Shown one piece after another: positions 15,755 to 27,852 of a stretch of 64,000 nucleotides of DNA. A model generated the notes under the pieces. It worked only from the letters and a program-made list of their open reading frames with translations. It did no database searches and was not told the DNA's origin. Source of the DNA: Hormiphora californensis (Eukaryota; Animalia; Ctenophora); contig CM035353.1 in NCBI GenBank assembly GCA_020137815.1, positions 2,480,001 to 2,544,000 on the forward strand. Reading direction: 5' to 3'. The position numbers were made by a program, and so were the translations under genes. Each line of letters starts with the position of its first letter. Position 1 is the first letter of the stretch.

Positions 15755-16898
15755 AAGTCGGATTTTTTGAAGTTGTCCCCCAAAATGACCGCGCATGTGA
15801 GAATTTATCAATTTTGACCGCGCACACCACACGTTAGAAGCCAGAGGGGGTGGGTTCGACGGGTTTTTTGGGGTGTTTTTTGAGTATACGTTATATGAAA
15901 AGCGCTGGGCAAAGGCGGATCGATTAGAACAGACGTCATCGATGTTGCGTCGCAAGACCGTTTGGCCAAAATTTGGGGGTTAACATTTGGCCTATAATGT
16001 GATGTTAACCCCTATAAATCAGGATTTGGTGGGGTCTAGAACATCCATTCATTTGTACCAAAGGCTTCGTCTTGTCCTGATACAACTTCCTGAAAAAGTT
16101 TTATGTCTTACTCCAACTACTTTCTTGATTTTTTGGGGGTTTACAAAATATGCGGAAAAGCCCTTTTTGCCTCTATTTTTGCTCTTTTTTGGGTACATCC
16201 TGCCTCACTTCCTGAATAACGGCTAACTACAGACCTTGCCGTTTGGCATAGTTGTTCTATTAGACCGGTTGTTCTTCAAATTTGGTGTGCGATTTTTGAT
16301 TAAGGCCCCCGTTCAAAATTATAGGGTTAACATTTGTTTTGTCCATGAAAATTTTATGTAAACCCCTATAATTTTTGAACGGGGGCCTTAATCAAAATCG
16401 CTACACCAAATTTGAAGAACACGGTCTCTAGAACACCTATGCCAAAGGCAAGGTCTGAGTCCTAGCCTTTATTTCAGAATGAGGCAGGATGGTCCCAAAA
16501 AAGAGCAAAATTAGAGGCAAAAGGCTTTTTCCGCATATTTTGTAAACCCCCAAAAATCAGAAGTGTTGGAGTAACGACATAAAACTTTTCAGGAAGTTGT
16601 ATCAATATAAGACAAGCCTTTGTACAATGATGGATTTCTAGACCCCACCATCCTGATTTATAGGGTTAACATCCATTATAGGCCAAATGTTAACCCCCAA
16701 TTTTGGGCCAAAAACGGTGCGCGCAACATCGATGACGTCTGTTCTAATCGATCCGCCTTGCCCAGCGCTTTCATATACGTATTACCTCAAAAAACACCCA
16801 AAAACCCGTCAGACCCCCCCCTCTGGCCTAACCGTGATGTCATGCGCAAAAACATTCCGCGCACGAAAAGGGGGTGACAACTTCAAAAAATCCGACTT
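15755..16898. mobile_element. foldback element, ~570-bp arms
   Basis: aagtcggattttttgaagttgtc..gacaacttcaaaaaatccgactt with centre ~16335-16360; the copy at 60860-61991 is TA-flanked on both sides. Confidence 0.85.
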
Positions 16899-18227
16899 TT
16901 CGATTAGTTAGTATACCAAAATGTCGTTTTCGAATTCTAACCCTGCTATGCCTTTTTACAAAGTAAAAAGGCATCCGGGTGGATGCCTTCGGCATCCACC
17001 CGGGCAGGGAAAAAATGGAAAAAAAGATGAAAGTTTTCTGATCACAAGAAAAAACTCATCCGCGCGCACACAACTTTCTGGGTGAACCGGACACCCTGGT
17101 CACGTCAAAATGCACTGTGGCGCGCGGAAGAACCCTCTTTATGCTCTGCCGTGCGTTACAGGTGCACGCAGTGCACCTGGGTGTCCGGCCGAGCTTCCGA
17201 CACCTGGCTGGCGCGCAAAATCGACAAATTTCGCAGTTTTTCACCGATTTTTTTTCAAATTCTTTTTGTTTTTTTTTTTCCATTTTTCTTCTTTCTCTCC
17301 CCGTCTTTTTGGTCTGGGTGTCCGCGGACACCCGGACACCACGAGCGCCGTCCCCTGCCGCCAAACCACTCAACCGTTTTGGCTAATTCAAAGTTTATCT
17401 GGTAGGAAATGTCAAGGCCTACCCAACCAAACCCCAGCCCTACCCCTAACCCCACTTTAGCCACTAACCCTAAAAAACCGTTTTGTCAGCACTCCACGAA
17501 CACCCAGATTTTAACGCTGCCCTATAAAGGTCGCGCGGGCAATTATGGTGAAAATTGGCCAATCTACAAACATTATTCGGGAATCCTCAACATATTGGCC
17601 AATACTTCGCTGGATGCGCAATAGATTGGCCAATCTTCGCTGGCCATGGCTGAATTTCACAGCTTGTTTCGCGCGCACACACCCAAGATAACTGTTTCGC
17701 GCCCCACGTCTATGCTCCACTCGATGCTCGCCAATCCCCCATTCCCCGGTAAATAGGGATCAGCCGATGAATGCTATTTGAATAATGTTACTTTGCTGGC
17801 AACATGCTTCCAATGAATTCAATAACATGCACATGTGAATTGAGATGATCAAATTATGAAATGTTACTTTTCGGTAATCTGTACAGTCTTATCGGTGCGT
17901 GATACTATACTGATGTTAGGGATCAGATGATTTGAAAAGTAGACACCAAAGGATTGCAGAATAACCCGGAATTTTGTGATTTTAGCATAACGGGAACCAT
18001 TTCCCATCCCCATGGCGCCCTTTTAGGGACCAAAACGAGTGTCAGGGCCAGAGTGTACTCGCGAAATCCGGTCCACGGTCTCTGCTCCCCCACGACTCTC
18101 TCGACAGACACAAATTGGGTCGAGGAGAGTTAAAACTTCCTCAGAAAATATTCAGTGTTTTTGAATGACCGATATGAAAATTCAATTAAATGATATATAT
18201 ACCAAACTAAAATTTAAAATTACAAGA

Positions 18228-18303
18228 GCGGATTTGGCTCAGTTGATAGCAGCTTGTCTGTCCACCCTCAGGGCGTCGGGTTCGAGACCAGAGCATCGAC
18301 CCT
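18228..18303 (+). repeat. tRNA-derived (Pol III A/B box) segment within an interspersed repeat
   Basis: TGGCTCAGTTG..GGTTCGAGACC; paralogue at ~19336-19408 and inverted copy at ~59463-59535. Confidence 0.55.
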
Positions 18304-18486
18304 TTTTCCAATTTTTTAAAAACATTTTTGAAATTGCACAAGTAGTGAATAGATTGGTTCAATCGAAAAATAAGAATGAACTGCCCCATTTTCAAATTAG
18401 AAAACACTTTATATGAATTTCATAAATAAAAACCACCGTAATCCGGCTATAATCGTTCATGAGCGATTAAGATAAGTTATTTGAAA

Positions 18487-18521
<35 letters not shown>

Positions 18522-18542
18522 CCACTCTCTCCTTTCTCCCAT

Positions 18543-18612
<70 letters not shown>

Positions 18613-20566
18613 GCACACTCTCTCTCGTCGTCTCTCCGTCTCTCATCTCTCACTCTCTCTCCTCTTCTCTTTCATCCTTCACTATCTCAGTTATCTCTCA
18701 CTCTCGCGTTTGCACATTGTTATCAATCACCTTGTTAAAACTGGAAAACTACAGTAAGTAACTCGAGTACTCCAGTACCCAGATCTCTCAGTTCTCAAAT
18801 TTGTGAACTGAGACAACTCGTCCACCGTGCGATGGTTTCGAGGTTCATTCAGTAAATAGCCGTACTGGTGTCGCGAACTCCAGTGTTTTTCTCCAGTAAG
18901 GTAGCCGTCGAACTTGAGTTCAGTTCAGTACGGCTGTTTTCCCCTTAGGGACCCAAAAGATGTTAGGTGGTGGCGTGTGCTTGCGACACACACGCACCAT
19001 AAACATGCGAAATTTCCCAGGGCTCTCTCGCCAGACAGAAAGGGTCGAGGAGGGTTAAAAATTCCTCAGAAATATTAAGTGTTTTGGGAAAGACCCATGT
19101 GAAAATTTGTCATTGAATGATAATTGGATAATACGTTCGGACCCCGATTTAACGGCACCTTGGGGGAAAAAAGGGTTTTGTCCGTTAAATCGGGTGTCCG
19201 CGAAATCGGGGTCAAATACTGTTAATTTTCCATATCGGGGGAAGATTATACTGCCGTTAAATCGGGGTGCCGCTAAATCGGGTGCCGTTAAATCGGGGTC
19301 CGACTGTACCTGCCAAAATGCGATATCATAAGAACAGATTTGGCTCAGTAGATCGGAACTGAGCTGTCACCCTAAGGCAACGGGTTCGAGTCCAGATGGG
19401 CAACCCTTTCCCTCATTTTTTGAAAACACTTTTTGAAAATGGTGCAGTAGTGAATAGAATATAGACTGGTTTCAATCGAATAATAGGAACAACTGCCCCA
19501 TTTTCAAACTAGAAAACACTTGATATAGAATTGCCTGTATTATGTTTAACTAGCAAAATCATAGCAAAAGTATCAAAAGTAAGTACATATCTGATCTCTC
19601 TCTCTCTCTCTCTCTCGCTCCTTCTCTCTCATTCCCCTCTCTCCCATCTCATCCGCCCCCCTCTCATTCTCCCCTCTCATTCCACTCTCTCTCTCCCAAA
19701 CTCATTCCCCCTCTCATTCCCATCTCTCATTCCCCCTCTCATTCCCACTATTATCCCATCTCTCACTCCCCTGCTCATTTCCCCCCCGCATTCCCCCCCT
19801 CTTTCCCAAACTCATTCCCATATCTCATTCTCCATCTCTTTCCCTCCTTATCTCCCAATCTCTCATTCCCGGTTCCCCATTTCATTATTCCCCTCTCGTT
19901 ATCCCCCTCTCCGGTGTGTGCACTGGCTAATTATTATCGCACATTTGAGAATCAAGTGTCCTGATTGGCCATGGATCTCTATCTCAATTCACACATTACG
20001 TTCCACGTTATTGTATGTCATGCTGAGACCTTCACGTGATGGAAAAGAGAGAGTGCATGCCCTTGGTGTCGCATTCTATCACATGTATAACACCTCAGTA
20101 TCACGGTGATCGGACCAAGCTCCGAAACATGTTGTTTCGTGGACGTTTTTTCTAAAGTTTAGCGAAATATAGTCGCTCACTAACTTGACTTCTAAATTTC
20201 AACACTAACTGAATTAGTTTCGTGGAGACACCCAGGGAAGGAGAGGTGAAAACATGATGACCAGATGAGAGAAACCACAGAAGGAGTCCGCACACGCTCA
20301 GGCAGAAACCAAGATAAGTAGAAGGGAGTCCAGTAGGAAGGGAGATATCCACGATGACCAGATGAGAGAAAGCGGTAGGAGGGAGAAGAAGATCACAGGG
20401 AAGATAGGTGAAACACCACAGGTGAGGGAAGCCGCAGGAGGTGTCGTAGAAGGAAATCCCAAGAGCCCAGATTTGAAAGAAAGTTAAGTGTCCATGAAGG
20501 GGGAGTGAAACCACGATTAACAGGTGAGAGAAAGCTGCATGAAGGATGTAGAATAGGGGCTAGAAA

Positions 20567-20735
20567 GGAAAGGTAAGATGTTTTACAAAAGGTTTACAGC
20601 ACGGGAAAGGGGGTAGAAATTGGCGAGAGGGCTAGAAAGGGAAGGTAAGATGTTTTACAAAGGTTTACAGCACGGGAAAGGGGGTAGCAATTGGCGATAG
20701 GTTAGAAAGGGAAGGTGAGATGTTTTCACAAAAGG
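20567..20735. repeat. ~72-bp tandem repeat x2.4
   Basis: ggctagaaaggaaaggtaagatgttttacaaaaggtttacagcacgggaaagggggtag units. Confidence 0.7.
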
Positions 20736-20985
20736 TTCCTTGCATTGTGGTAACCGTTGCCGTGCATCCAACGCGACTTTCAGGCTTGCATTTTAAATAT
20801 TTTGCGCGCTTTAACAGTTTTAGGCGCGGCTTTATAATTGCGCGTTCTGAATAACAGCGAAGATTGGGCCATATATTTGCGCATCCAGCAAAGATTGGCC
20901 AATATTGTTGAGTATTCGCGCATTAATGTTTGTAGATTGGCCAATTTTCACCATAATTGCCCGCGCGACCTTTACTAGGGTGGCC

Positions 20986-21980
20986 GCAAAAAACCAAAAA
21001 GATCGCGATAAAAGAAAATTTGAAAACTGCCCGGCCCTTGGAGATTTTCAACAGAGAACTATCCAAATCAGAGTTCACAGATGCGATGTGCCTCAGGTAT
21101 GGATTTGAAATCAACGGCCAGTTCTCTGAATGTGTAGTGGAAAACAGAATGGGGCAGACATGCCCTGAGCTGTAGCTAGGCGGGTTTACTATCCTGCGAC
21201 ACAACGAGATTAGAGATACCCTTGCAGATATTATTACCCATGCAGGATACAAGGGTGTTGAAATTGAGAAAGTGTTGCAGCCAGTTAACCAGGATGACTA
21301 CCCCCGAAGTGTCAATACAGCACCTGATGCTCGCAGTGACGTGTATGCCATTGGGTTGTGGAGAGGACTACAGGGGGCCCACGTGGACGTTGCAGTGTTT
21401 CATCCTACTGCACCCCAGTTACAGAGGAAAAGACCCAAAATCTCTGTACAAAATGAATGAAAGTCGGAAGAAACGTGATTACCAACAAAGAATCAGGAAT
21501 CGGAGAGAGGGGCTTTCACCCCGTTTGTTATGGCTACTTCCGGAGGTTCCGGACTAGAGGCAGAACGACTAATCAAAAAGCTCGCTTCACCGCATCTCTA
21601 CCAAACACAAGGATATAATGCTGAAGTGATTATTTCCTGAGAACGCGGATACGATTCTGTCTCCTCAGAAGTACTCTGTCTCACTCAGGGGCACGAGGAA
21701 AAAGTTCACGACTCCACCACCATTGCAATGTGTGATTTTACTGACTGACTTTTTATTTATAATATTTATTGTTTTTATTTGAGTGAGTGATTTTAAGATT
21801 TATTTATTACTAACCCAACACCGGGGGCAAATGATCGAACCCAATGTGAATGAGACTCATCGCGATTAACTCTTCATACGGTTACCCCCCTTTCTCTCTT
21901 CGGCAGCTTCTCTTCGGCTGTTGGAAAGTGATGCCAATCGGTGTTGGGGTTAGTGAATTAATAAAAAAAAAAGAAAAAAA
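20986..21980 (+). mobile_element. 5'-truncated CRE-like non-LTR retrotransposon (zinc knuckle + restriction-like endonuclease)
   Basis: LSKSEFTDAMCLRYG..HALSC..GG..LRHNEIRD..DARSDV..WRGLQGAHVDVAVFHPTA..KKRDY..FTPFVMATSGG across frameshifts; A-rich tail at 21961-21980. Confidence 0.8.
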
Positions 21981-23149
21981 GTTTATACAACGCGCGCGCG
22001 GCGTTAAAATGCATCGCAATCGTATGTTTTTCACATAAAACGAAAAAATATATTTCGAAAATCGAGTAAGTGTCATTCAAAAAGGACGTCCAGGGGTAGG
22101 GGGAGGTAGCTAATCTCTGATATCTTAGGACAGGGGAGAGGGTGTATAGTGTATACTGTATAGTGAGGTACAGTTATACACATAGTACACAATTGAGGTT
22201 ACGTATACTGATTATTATAGGGGGTCGGTTTGTGGAATTGGTCTGGGGAATTTTAAATTTGACTTGCTGATACCCTAGTCGTCGCGGTCGGCGGCGGCAA
22301 TTATGGTGAAAATTGGCCACATCTTCAACATTAATGCGCGAATCCTCAACTATTGGCCAATCTTTGCTGGAGCGCAAATATATTGGCCAATCTTCGCTGC
22401 ACATTCAGAACGCGCAATTGTGAAAGCCGCGCTAAAACTGTTAAAGCCGCGCCAAAAAGCGTTAAAATTCACCCAGCTTTAATTTTGTTTTTTTTTTTCA
22501 TTTTTCATTTTTCCCGATTTTTGCTGATGAACTTTTTGGCATGTCCTTATATGATTCACCTCATACGTTTCCATGCTCCGTATGACCTTTTTTGGGAATA
22601 GCCTTGGGCCTCGCGATAGGAGCCTGTAGCGTATGCCAGTTTTTTTGTACCCTACGCAACGATCTTGACCTTGATGCTCACTTACCCAAAACAACGTATG
22701 CTAACCAATTTTTTACTATTTCATTTTTGCCAGATCAGTTGCAATTATCGTTCACTGTTCAGATGTTATTCTAACATTCTTTTCAACTCATGTGCTTGTC
22801 CTCGCGATGTGGGGCCTGCAGCGTTTGCCATTTTTTTGCCAAGATAGACTGCCTTTCGCGAGCCCCGCACAAATGTAAAGGGAGGGTTAGAACATAACAA
22901 CCATTTTTTTACATTTTAGTTGTCATGGTCAAGTTGTCAAGAGTTTTATTGCTCAAACTTTAATTCTTGTTCAGAAAGCATGCTATTGTTATAGTATAAG
23001 CTAGAATTTTTGTCAACTCATGTGCTTAACCTCGCGATGAGGGGCCTGTTATAGCGTATGTCAGATTTTGACCTTTTATTTTTACAGCGTAAAACTTGTT
23101 AATTTAACGAGATAAAGTCATATAATCAACTCACGTGCCTCTTCCATTC

Positions 23150-23680
23150 AGATGATTCTAAAAGGCATACAACAGAAGAATGTGCAAGTCTTTGGTTAGA
23201 TGCAAACTGAAATACTATTCACCTTTGTGTTCACCGTACCTTGTAGGAGACATATAGGGTCTCGAGCGTACAAAGACAGTTTACCAGGAGAATTGAGGAC
23301 ATGGCGCAACAAGACTATTGGGAGCGGTTGAAGAAACCCCTTCAGAGAACGTTATCATATACTATCATAAAGATGTGGAAGAGCTTATATAACGGTGCAT
23401 CCTCAAATATTACAAATACCACGATGAAGTATGAACGGCTTGATATCAGAGCCGAGGTAGCTTCCGTTTACAGTGGAGCACAGAAGTCTATCACAATCAT
23501 GTACTTCAACTCCTTCGGTGTCAGGGCTGCACGGGTATGAAATATATACGCGAGAAGGTCATCACGGCGAGGCATTGGATCATTGTTGAAGGTCTTGCGG
23601 AGACGGTGGCTGGATCAGAACCCGGACAATCCACCTGCTTATATGACTCAAAATGGGAATTCCATTTTGGATTGGGTGCT
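23150..23680 (+). pseudogene. CR1/L2-type LINE 3' end remnant
   Basis: LERVQRQFTRRI..YWERLK..NSFGVRAAR..NSILDW; heavily decayed. Confidence 0.65.
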
Positions 23681-25365
23681 AGATAGGGGATATTTAAGAG
23701 ACACCGTTTATGTTTATTCGCCAAGTTTCATCAAGTGACACGCAGTCCGTTAGACATTATCTATAGTATTATTACAGCATTAACAGCTTGGTAACTCGTC
23801 CACCGAAGTACACTAGAACTGTTTGCTACGGAGTGAATGAAACGGATCAATGCTCGCAGTAGTGTTTATATAGGTGGTTGTGAGAACTCAACCATATTAT
23901 ACAGGGAAATTAGGAATGAAACTGTGCCCTGATCTCGGTATGTCACTTTAAATATATTTAAGTGACATACCGAGATTAGTGAACCGTTTCACCCATGTTG
24001 TCCCTAGTGGGTTGTGTTATTTATTTACACGGAGATCAGTGTTGTTTTTGTGCGATTGATTGAGTGGTTTGAGACCAGGCCAAAAAAATTTAAACCCCCA
24101 CAGGACTGAAACTCGAACTTGAACCCGATCAACTCGAAAATTTTGAACTGTTACTCACTTTTGCCTAGCTAGACTGTGTTTTGCACGCCCAAAATAAAGG
24201 AGGTTAGAACATAACAAACTCACTTTTGTAAATCTTGTATTTAGATGAGTTTACAGTTATAGTGACTTTCTGTCTGCCCTACTTTTTATCACTGTTTAGG
24301 GTGAGACGTGAGTCCAGGATGACAAAACTCACCTCTCATAGGTACTCGATATGCCGGATAGGAGTGTTCACTGGTTTATATTCCGTTTTAGTAGTGTTAG
24401 GGTTGTCGTTTGAGTTCGATGTTAGGGCTGTAATAGGGTTGGGTTGGTACGGTAAAACCCAAGTGAGTTTGAAATTCAAAATTTTGTCCTAGCATAGGGT
24501 ACCGGACTGAAACTCGAACGAACGATAACTCAACTCGAAATTTCGGACTTTAACTCGCTTTTAAAAATCTCGAATTTAGGTGAGTTATAGTCCGGATCTG
24601 GTGACTTTCTGTCCGCCCCACTATAATTTAGGGTGAGTTAGAGTCCAGATGGAACTCGAGAATTCAGGCCCTTCGGGCATTCCACAGGGAATTTTTTTTC
24701 AAAAAACTCACCATTATGTTGATTAAATTGTCAAATTAGTCAAACTGGGGTAAATATGGTTCACCTCTCTGGGACAAAGTGGTTTACCCTGGGACCAATG
24801 AAATCGAGCCTGCAATACCACGTGATACCACAACGGGGACAAAGTGGTCCTGCAGAACATAAATTGCTGAAGATAACATTGACCACTTTGCCCCTAATTT
24901 GATCGTTGCTCTAACAACACCAGGCACGTGATAAAATCGAGCAATGCTATTGGCTGGGACCACTTTGCCCCGGTGCAAGATTTCAAAAAGTGTGTGTCAT
25001 AATTGTTAGGAAGGTGTTGTAATTTAGGTATACCGCTCTGACGCTGAACAGTGTCAGTCAAAATTCAATTTGCTGGCCCTGTTTTGCCTGGGCGGTATAC
25101 AAAAACTTATATTACAGTCGGACCCCGATTTAGTGGCATCCTCGGGGGAAAAATCCTGCCACTAAATTGGGGTGCCACTAAATCGGAGTGAGGTTATAAT
25201 GTATTTTTTGCTATTAACTTGCAATGGAATTGTTCTAGGGTGAGCCATTTCTCCCACCACAGCCATGTACTGCAGTACATGTACAGTGTACAATGTACAC
25301 TGCATGTACATGGCACAACAACAACTCGATTTTTGTAAAAAGATGGTACCACTTTGGAGATAATA

Positions 25366-25465
25366 NNNNNNNNNNNNNNNNNNNNNNNNNNNNNNNNNNN
25401 NNNNNNNNNNNNNNNNNNNNNNNNNNNNNNNNNNNNNNNNNNNNNNNNNNNNNNNNNNNNNNNNN
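25366..25465. other. assembly gap (100 N)
   Basis: run of n. Confidence 1.
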
Positions 25466-25815
25466 ATCTCACGTTTCAATGGTTTAGGGCCAAAAACCTC
25501 CAAAAAATGGTAAAAAATCAACTTTTGACCATTTTACAGTCATTTTAGAGATTTGACTTCAACGGCAATCGATTCTACGTGCAAAAATAGGTGGGGTGAC
25601 ATATTTCGTGTGCTAAGTCATTATGGATTTTTCGGGACCACGTTTAATATAGCCAATTTTGACCCAATCAATAAAAGTAAAAAAAAAGATTTTAGGGAAA
25701 TGGAATGTTTTTTCCCGCACCGTAGCACCATTCTGTAGACCCTCAGCTACCACGTACAAGTGGTGGTTTCGCGTCGCATGCTAGGTCGTGTTAAAATTTC
25801 ACCAGGCACGCCGTG
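25466..25815. mobile_element. remainder of right arm of the 8399 foldback element
   Basis: Reverse complement of 8399-8753; ends CACGCCGTG followed by TAAA (25816-19). Confidence 0.92.
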
Positions 25816-25958
25816 TAAAGCAATAGAGGTGGGAGCATGGTCACACTTTCCCACGCTTCACAACTTCAACATATCCAGAAATTCCACACTTTGTTTCCCC
25901 CCCCTCGATACGGCAGGGGAGTTAGATCGTTTAGATTTCGCCTTACAGGTTTACTCAT
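25816..25958 (-). pseudogene. 5' exon of the RING+PHD pseudogene
   Basis: ATG at 25958; MSKPVRRNL..[frameshift in G run]..KCGISGYVEVVKRGKV*PCSHLYCF joins in frame to TCLIEW at 8394 once the element and one TAAA are removed. Confidence 0.75.
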
Positions 25959-26406
25959 TCATAGATGGGAGATGAAGATTGTAGGTTGGGAGATTGGAGA
26001 ATGATCAAATACACGTTTTCAAATAAATTCTGTCGAAAAGTAAAGAAAAAAGACCCCAATAAATTCAATCTCATTGTATTCAACAATAATCCCTCTCGTT
26101 TGAACCTCTATTCGGAAAAACACACGATATACAATTATTGATTTTTGTGTCAATATAAGAAATTATAATTCACTATTATCGCGGGTGTAATACATTGAAA
26201 CACAAAACATACTGGTAAACATAACGTCAGCTCATGTGTTAACACTACTGACTACAATGATGGTGGTCGAACATTTCGCTCTCTCTCTCTCTCGGTCTCC
26301 TACATTCAGATGAATTGTTCTAGGGTGAGCCATTTCTCCCACCACAGCCATGTACTGCAGTACATGTACAGTGTACAATGTACACTGCATGTACATGGCA
26401 CAACAA

Positions 26407-26667
26407 CAACTCGATTTTTGTAAAAAGATGGTACCACTTTGGAGATAATATGTGACGTCTTTAAAAGCGAGATAACACTGTGATGAATATTGAGGGTTGG
26501 ATTTATCCCGCCTTTGTACCATGAACTCTTTGTATCAACTCGATTTTTGTAAAAAGATGGTACCACTTTGGAGATAATATGTGACGTCTTTAAAAGCGAG
26601 ATAACACTGTGATGAATATTGAGGGTTGGATTTATCCCGCCTTTGTACCATGAACTCTTTGTATCAA
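26407..26667. repeat. 129-bp tandem duplication
   Basis: identical units starting at 26407 and 26536. Confidence 0.9.
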
Positions 26668-27404
26668 TTTGTATAATTTGAAAACGGCGTTACGTGGCTG
26701 AAAGAAAAAACTGTGATAAGACGTTGTCGGTGTACTACCAATACACTCCCAAAATCTCACCACTAGAATATAGCTCAGTAAGTTGAGAACTTGAATCATG
26801 CTGCCAGACCAAACCCCAAGAACCGAGACAAACCCCGCAATACCAACCTCCAAACCAAACAACCAGCAAACCTCCAGCAAACGGCAGGTGAGTAGAACTT
26901 CGCTCCTACTAAAGGCTGCAATAAAAGGCTGCAGAAAAAGGCTGCAATAAAACCAACCAGACTAAAGCGGGGGATAGACCGAATCGTCCTCCCCTAATAG
27001 TGTTTCGTATCACGTATCGGCTGTAGAGATACCGAATCACCCTCCCCTAATTAAAGTGATTCGTGCCACGTATCCAACTAGACCATAGGCGATAGAGACC
27101 GAGATAGAGAGCGAGTACGAGTGAGAACTGAGAGAGTGAAAAATCAGAATCGCGGTATGGTATCACGTACCATGGTATCCTCTAATGAAAAGCAGTTACC
27201 AATTGACAATGAGACCTCATCGGTCCCGATACGTGATTCTCTACCGCTATGTATTCTCCATTAGTCTTTCCGTATCAATCCACGATTCAGTAGAGGTAGT
27301 CAGTAACTACTGAGAGTGTTGGTCTAATGAGGTAGGGTAGATCAGAGATCTATTGATTGAGCGTGTAGCACAATGACAGGTGAACCACCCAACCACTTGG
27401 TTAA

Positions 27405-27679
27405 AAAAGTAGGTCGGAACGATGCCGTGGTGCTGATCTCCTATTACGAATGGCGTTCAGCGACGGTCCATTTTTGGTACAGATTTCTCTGTAGCATAGC
27501 TCGAGCGCCACCCCAAGCAGGAAACCTTATTAGTTAGATATGCACCGTCTTTGCGAAACTCTCGAAAGAGCCTCTACCAATCATATCTTGGCGGTCTAGG
27601 TAGCATTGCGCTAGTCCAGGCCCGAACCTGTGACCTAGCGCGTGGAAGGCGAGTGCACTGGCCACTACACCACCCTGCC
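27405..27679 (-). mobile_element. tRNA-derived SINE with TSD
   Basis: Minus strand GGCAGGGTGGTGTAGTGG (A box)..CCTTCCAC..GGTTCGGGCC (B box); direct repeat acttggttaa at 27395-27404 and 27680-27689. Confidence 0.8.
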
Positions 27680-27852
27680 ACTTGGTTAACCTATCATAGT
27701 ACATATTATGTGTGATTCCGCTCTACTGAATTGTGTACATAAAGACTATTGGCGAATAACAGTAGAAAATCAGTAATCACGTATTGGCACCGATTAGGTC
27801 AAATTATAGGTAACCGCCTTTCTAACTCTCTATCTCCGTCTATCTACCGCCT

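Larger units (their letters stand above)
13767..18480. repeat. large inverted duplicate of 59286-64000
   Basis: Colinear reverse-complement match across >=4.7 kb, differing mainly by 1-bp indels. Confidence 0.95.

Noticed and set aside
18228-19408. Functional tRNA genes
   Set aside because: A/B boxes are present but acceptor and anticodon stems do not pair; embedded in repeats
20240-20545. Degenerate C2H2 zinc-finger array
   Set aside because: Purine-rich imperfect repeats lack Cys/His spacing
8399-25815. A single 17.4-kb Chapaev transposon with 350-bp TIRs
   Set aside because: 9078-9384 plus 25466-25815 together complete the right arm of a 1.34-kb palindrome; the interior is unrelated, has no Chapaev transposase and includes a gap
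26712-26960. Solo LTR
   Set aside because: TG start and AATAAA are present but no defined CA end or TSD
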